DNA from: the human T2T-CHM13v2.0 reference genome, Homo sapiens
Reading direction: 5' to 3' (one strand)
DNA: 64,000 nt
NCBI RefSeq assembly: GCF_009914755.1
Contig: NC_060937.1
Each line of letters opens with the position of its first letter. The first letter of the stretch is position 1. Of this stretch, positions 60,679 through 64,000 are shown in pieces. The position numbers were made by a program, and so were the translations under genes. The notes below the pieces were generated by a model. That model had not been told where the DNA came from, did not search any database, and saw only the letters and a list, made by a program, of their open reading frames with translations.

Positions 60679-62057
60679 CACCTTAACAGGTCTATTCTTC
60701 ACAGAGTCGCTGGCTTTGAAGATGTGGGGCGGACCCCTCACTTCCCTGTGATAGCTCCCCTCTCCCAGATGAAGCCAAAGCCCTTTCAGTGCCTGCAATG
60801 TCCTCCCGACTCTTCTCCCCCTGCCTCCCTTGGCTCCTGCCCTGCTGGTCCTAGACCTGCTGGTCTTTCCTAACATGCCAGGTGCTGGTCAGGGCATTAT
60901 TTCTGGTTAAGGCCTTTACTCTCCCTGTGCCTGGGTCCTGTCCCCAGATCTCTGCCACAGTCCTGCTCCCTCTGTCACCCCCTTTCCCAGTGCCTCAGTG
61001 AGGCATGCCCCACTGCCCTGGGTCCTCCCCTGCCCGTTCCTAGCACTTTCCATGTCCCTTAACCTGCCATCCTTTCCCCTTTGTCCCCAGAGCACCTCTC
61101 ACCATCTAATGTACCAAGTACCTTATTCATTTGTGGTGTGTGCTGTCTTGCTCATCTCATTACAAAGTAAGTTCCCTGGGAGCAGGGATCTTGGTTTGAT
61201 TTACTGGTGTAGCCCAAGGGCCTAGGGCCCTGGCCAGCACACAGCGGGTACGATGTGTGTTGAGTGAATGTGTGAATACAGACCCCTCCCTTTCCCATTC
61301 CTTCCACCCTTCTGTGGATGGTGAGGTTTCTGGGGTCTTCTCCCCAGATGCACTGTTGTGGGCCAAGAGCTCTCTACACAGGTGGCCCAGAAGAGAAGTC
61401 GAGCCCAGGCCCAGACACATGGAGACAGGGGCACACTTGTGATCATCTCTCACAGTGCAGTGCGGTGTATCTGAGAAGAGGGAACTCTGCTGACTCTGTG
61501 AGGATGTTTGGAGCACCCACTCCAAAAGGGGAAGGGGGCTCCTGCCCCTCTAACCAGGACGTTACATTTTCTTTGGCTCATCCAAATAATTTTTCATTGA
61601 CTGCTAGCCGTTTCCAGTTCCTCCCAGCTTAGTCTTATCTGTATCCTCATCCAAACCACTGATACAAATGTCCAACCAGAAAGCCCCGGGGATGCTGCGG
61701 CAGAAGCCCCTCATGCTGCCCATCTCCATCCATCCGTCAGGGGAGGCTGTGGGGAGGGGAGCTAAGGTTCTGTGTGGCCAGAACTCTGGCCCCTCCACCC
61801 TCACAGCAAGCCCTGATGTGGGCATCATCACCCTCACTTCATAGGTAAGGAAAATCAACTTTCAGGGGAAACAGAAGAGTTTACAGTCTTCATTTACAGG
61901 TGTGAAAAAAAAGTTGTTTGAAAGAAAAAATTGTTTTCTACCTGAGCATCAAAAATAGTCCAAAGGTGGGAGGAAGAAAATCTTACTACAAACATTTTTG
62001 GCTGGAAAAAACAAACAAACAAACAAACAAAACACCAAGAAGAAGCCTAGCTACCAC

Positions 62058-62250
62058 AGTAAGACCCTATCTCTAAAAAAAACCTAAAAAATTAGCCGGG
62101 CATGGTGGTGTGCACCTGTGATCCTAGCTCACGTGGGAGGCTGAGATGGGAGGATCACTTGAACCCAGGAGGTCAAACTACAGTGAGTTGAGATCAGCCA
62201 CTGTGCTGGTTTCGAGACCCTGTCTCAAAAGAACAAAACAAAACAAACCA
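62058..62250 (+). mobile_element. Partial AluJ (right arm)
   Basis: aaaattagccgggcatggtgg...gagaccctgtctcaaaa. Confidence 0.8.
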
Positions 62251-63811
62251 AATCCAAGAAGGTTTGGATGAAAGCAGCTCTTTCTACAGGCTGCTGGCTG
62301 GGCCAAGCTTTTGAGGCCCTTTAGTCTCCACTCTCTAAAGCTCTTCCCAGCGTGCTCCCTGAGACCCGGCCCCTGGAATCCCTGAGGCCACTCCCACTTT
62401 TCTCCCGAGGCCCCTCCCCCTCAACTTCCTGAAGCCCCTCCTCTTTGGTTCCCTGACTCCCAACCCACTCAAGGTGTCCTCCCATCTCTAAGGGTGGTCA
62501 GAGAGGTGCAGTGCCCCCACCTCACTCTCCAGGGAGCCCTGCTGCCTGTACCCTGTCCCAAGTGAAATGTTCTAGAATTCTGCCCAGCATCAATATCACA
62601 TGGACTGGGCTGTAATTTGCGACGTCTGCTTTTTCTTCTCCTTTTATCTAAATTAGGAAAAGGTTCTTCTGTTTCCAGACTGGAGTATGGTCCCGCTTCT
62701 TCTCTATGCTTTAGCTGTTTGTATAATGCTTTGTGCTGCAAAGTGCTTTCGTGGGCCCTGTTTAATGGATTCATCATTGCAGCCTTATGCGGTAAACACT
62801 ATCATCTCCATCTTATAGATGACAGCACTAAGGTTCAGAGAAATCAAATAACTCCACCAAGGTCAGGCAAGTCCTAAGTGGCCAGACTAAGATCTGGACC
62901 TAGGTCTGCTCTTGCTGAGGGCAATGTTCTTTCCCCAGTGCCAAATGTCATGTGTGTTTTGGAGGAGAGCCCTCCTCAGGGAACCTTCTTAGGGGTCTCC
63001 CCCTGCACACTGGCTTTAGCTCTCTCACAGCCTCTTTCACAAGCTCTGGTTAAACAATAATTCTCCGTGATAAAGAAAGTAAAGAGGGGGAGAAGAGGAG
63101 GAGGGAGAAGTTGGGTTTCTGTCATTTGCTGAGCACTTACTATGTGCCTAGAACAGAAAAAGGTATTTTCCTTTTCTTTTCCTTTTTCCTTTAAAGATTG
63201 AACACAATCTGGCAAAGTATAATTATCCTATTAACCAACTAAGAACCAGGGCAGTGAGCTGGTCTGAGGCCATAGCTATGTAGTGCCATATTTGATATTC
63301 AATGTCTGTCTCATTCCAAAGTCTAAATACCACGAAAGAGGAGATAAGCGACATATGTCTTCTTTCCAATCTTTATAACTCAAGTTCTTAGGGATTCCTT
63401 CAAATATTTAAAAGCTTTCATGAAAATTATTTAAAAGAACGAAGAAATAATATTTAGAGTTCCTACTTGCTAAAATGAAATTCACTGAGATGAAAAGACA
63501 TCCGCAGTTACAAGTTGACTGCACTAATTTTCAAGTCAGATAAAGAACCTTTCAATTAACCTCTCTTAAATAGTCACAATTATCAGCAACAAAGCAGAAT
63601 TATTGATAATTGTTATAACAGATGTCATATTTAATTTCAGATCTCAGAAGAATGGTATTTTTGGGGTGTGTGAAAAATACCTTTCTACCCACTAACTGTG
63701 CTGAGATGCCAGGGTTTCAGCAATTATGAGCCATGTTTAGGCTGCCTCGCGGGGTGGTGGGCAGCTGGTGGCAAGAGAAATTGCACTGTCTTCTTGGCTG
63801 AGATCCCAAAA

Positions 63812-63870
<59 letters not shown>

Positions 63871-64000
63871 TTTTTTTTGGAGACAGAGTCTCACTTTGTC
63901 ACCCAGGCCAGAGTGCAGTGGTGTAATCTCGGCTCACTGCAACCTCTGACTCCCAGGTTCAAGCGATTCTCCTGCTTCAGCCTCCCAAGTAGCTGGGACT
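63812..64000 (-). mobile_element. Alu (cut by window edge) with a (TA)n-T(n) microsatellite tail
   Basis: (ta)n then t-run then gagacagagtctcac... Confidence 0.9.

Noticed and set aside
54379-64000. Promoter or CpG island for ERICH6B
   Set aside because: No CpG-rich segment is visible, and the ATG exon has a splice acceptor, so the TSS probably lies beyond the window

Overview
Primate (human-like: Alu, THE1, L1PB) euchromatic DNA, mostly intronic. On the minus strand, 12 coding exons with GT-AG boundaries and consistent phases splice into a 1854-nt (618-codon) open frame: a Glu-rich hexapeptide-repeat N-terminus followed by a FAM194-type C-terminal region. I recognise this as ERICH6B (FAM194B). 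The last coding exon lies left of the window, and the upstream non-coding exon(s) and promoter probably lie to the right. The introns hold a TIMM9 processed pseudogene, a 5S rRNA pseudogene, a full-length THE1 element, a 3.8-kb truncated L1PB, solo LTRs, many Alus and a 34-bp minisatellite. The most notable observations are (1) a 185-nt intron with minor-spliceosome (U12-type) signals, (2) a 154-bp ungapped inverted repeat, not recognisably TE-derived, bracketing a frame-shifting 62-nt exon, (3) a coding 18-bp repeat that runs through its own splice donor and appears one unit shorter than the reference protein I recall, and (4) an E-box-dense VNTR. I found no evidence of a wholly new multi-gene system. 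Most listed ORFs are spurious. TE subfamily names come from recalled consensus motifs, and TE edges without TSDs are approximate.
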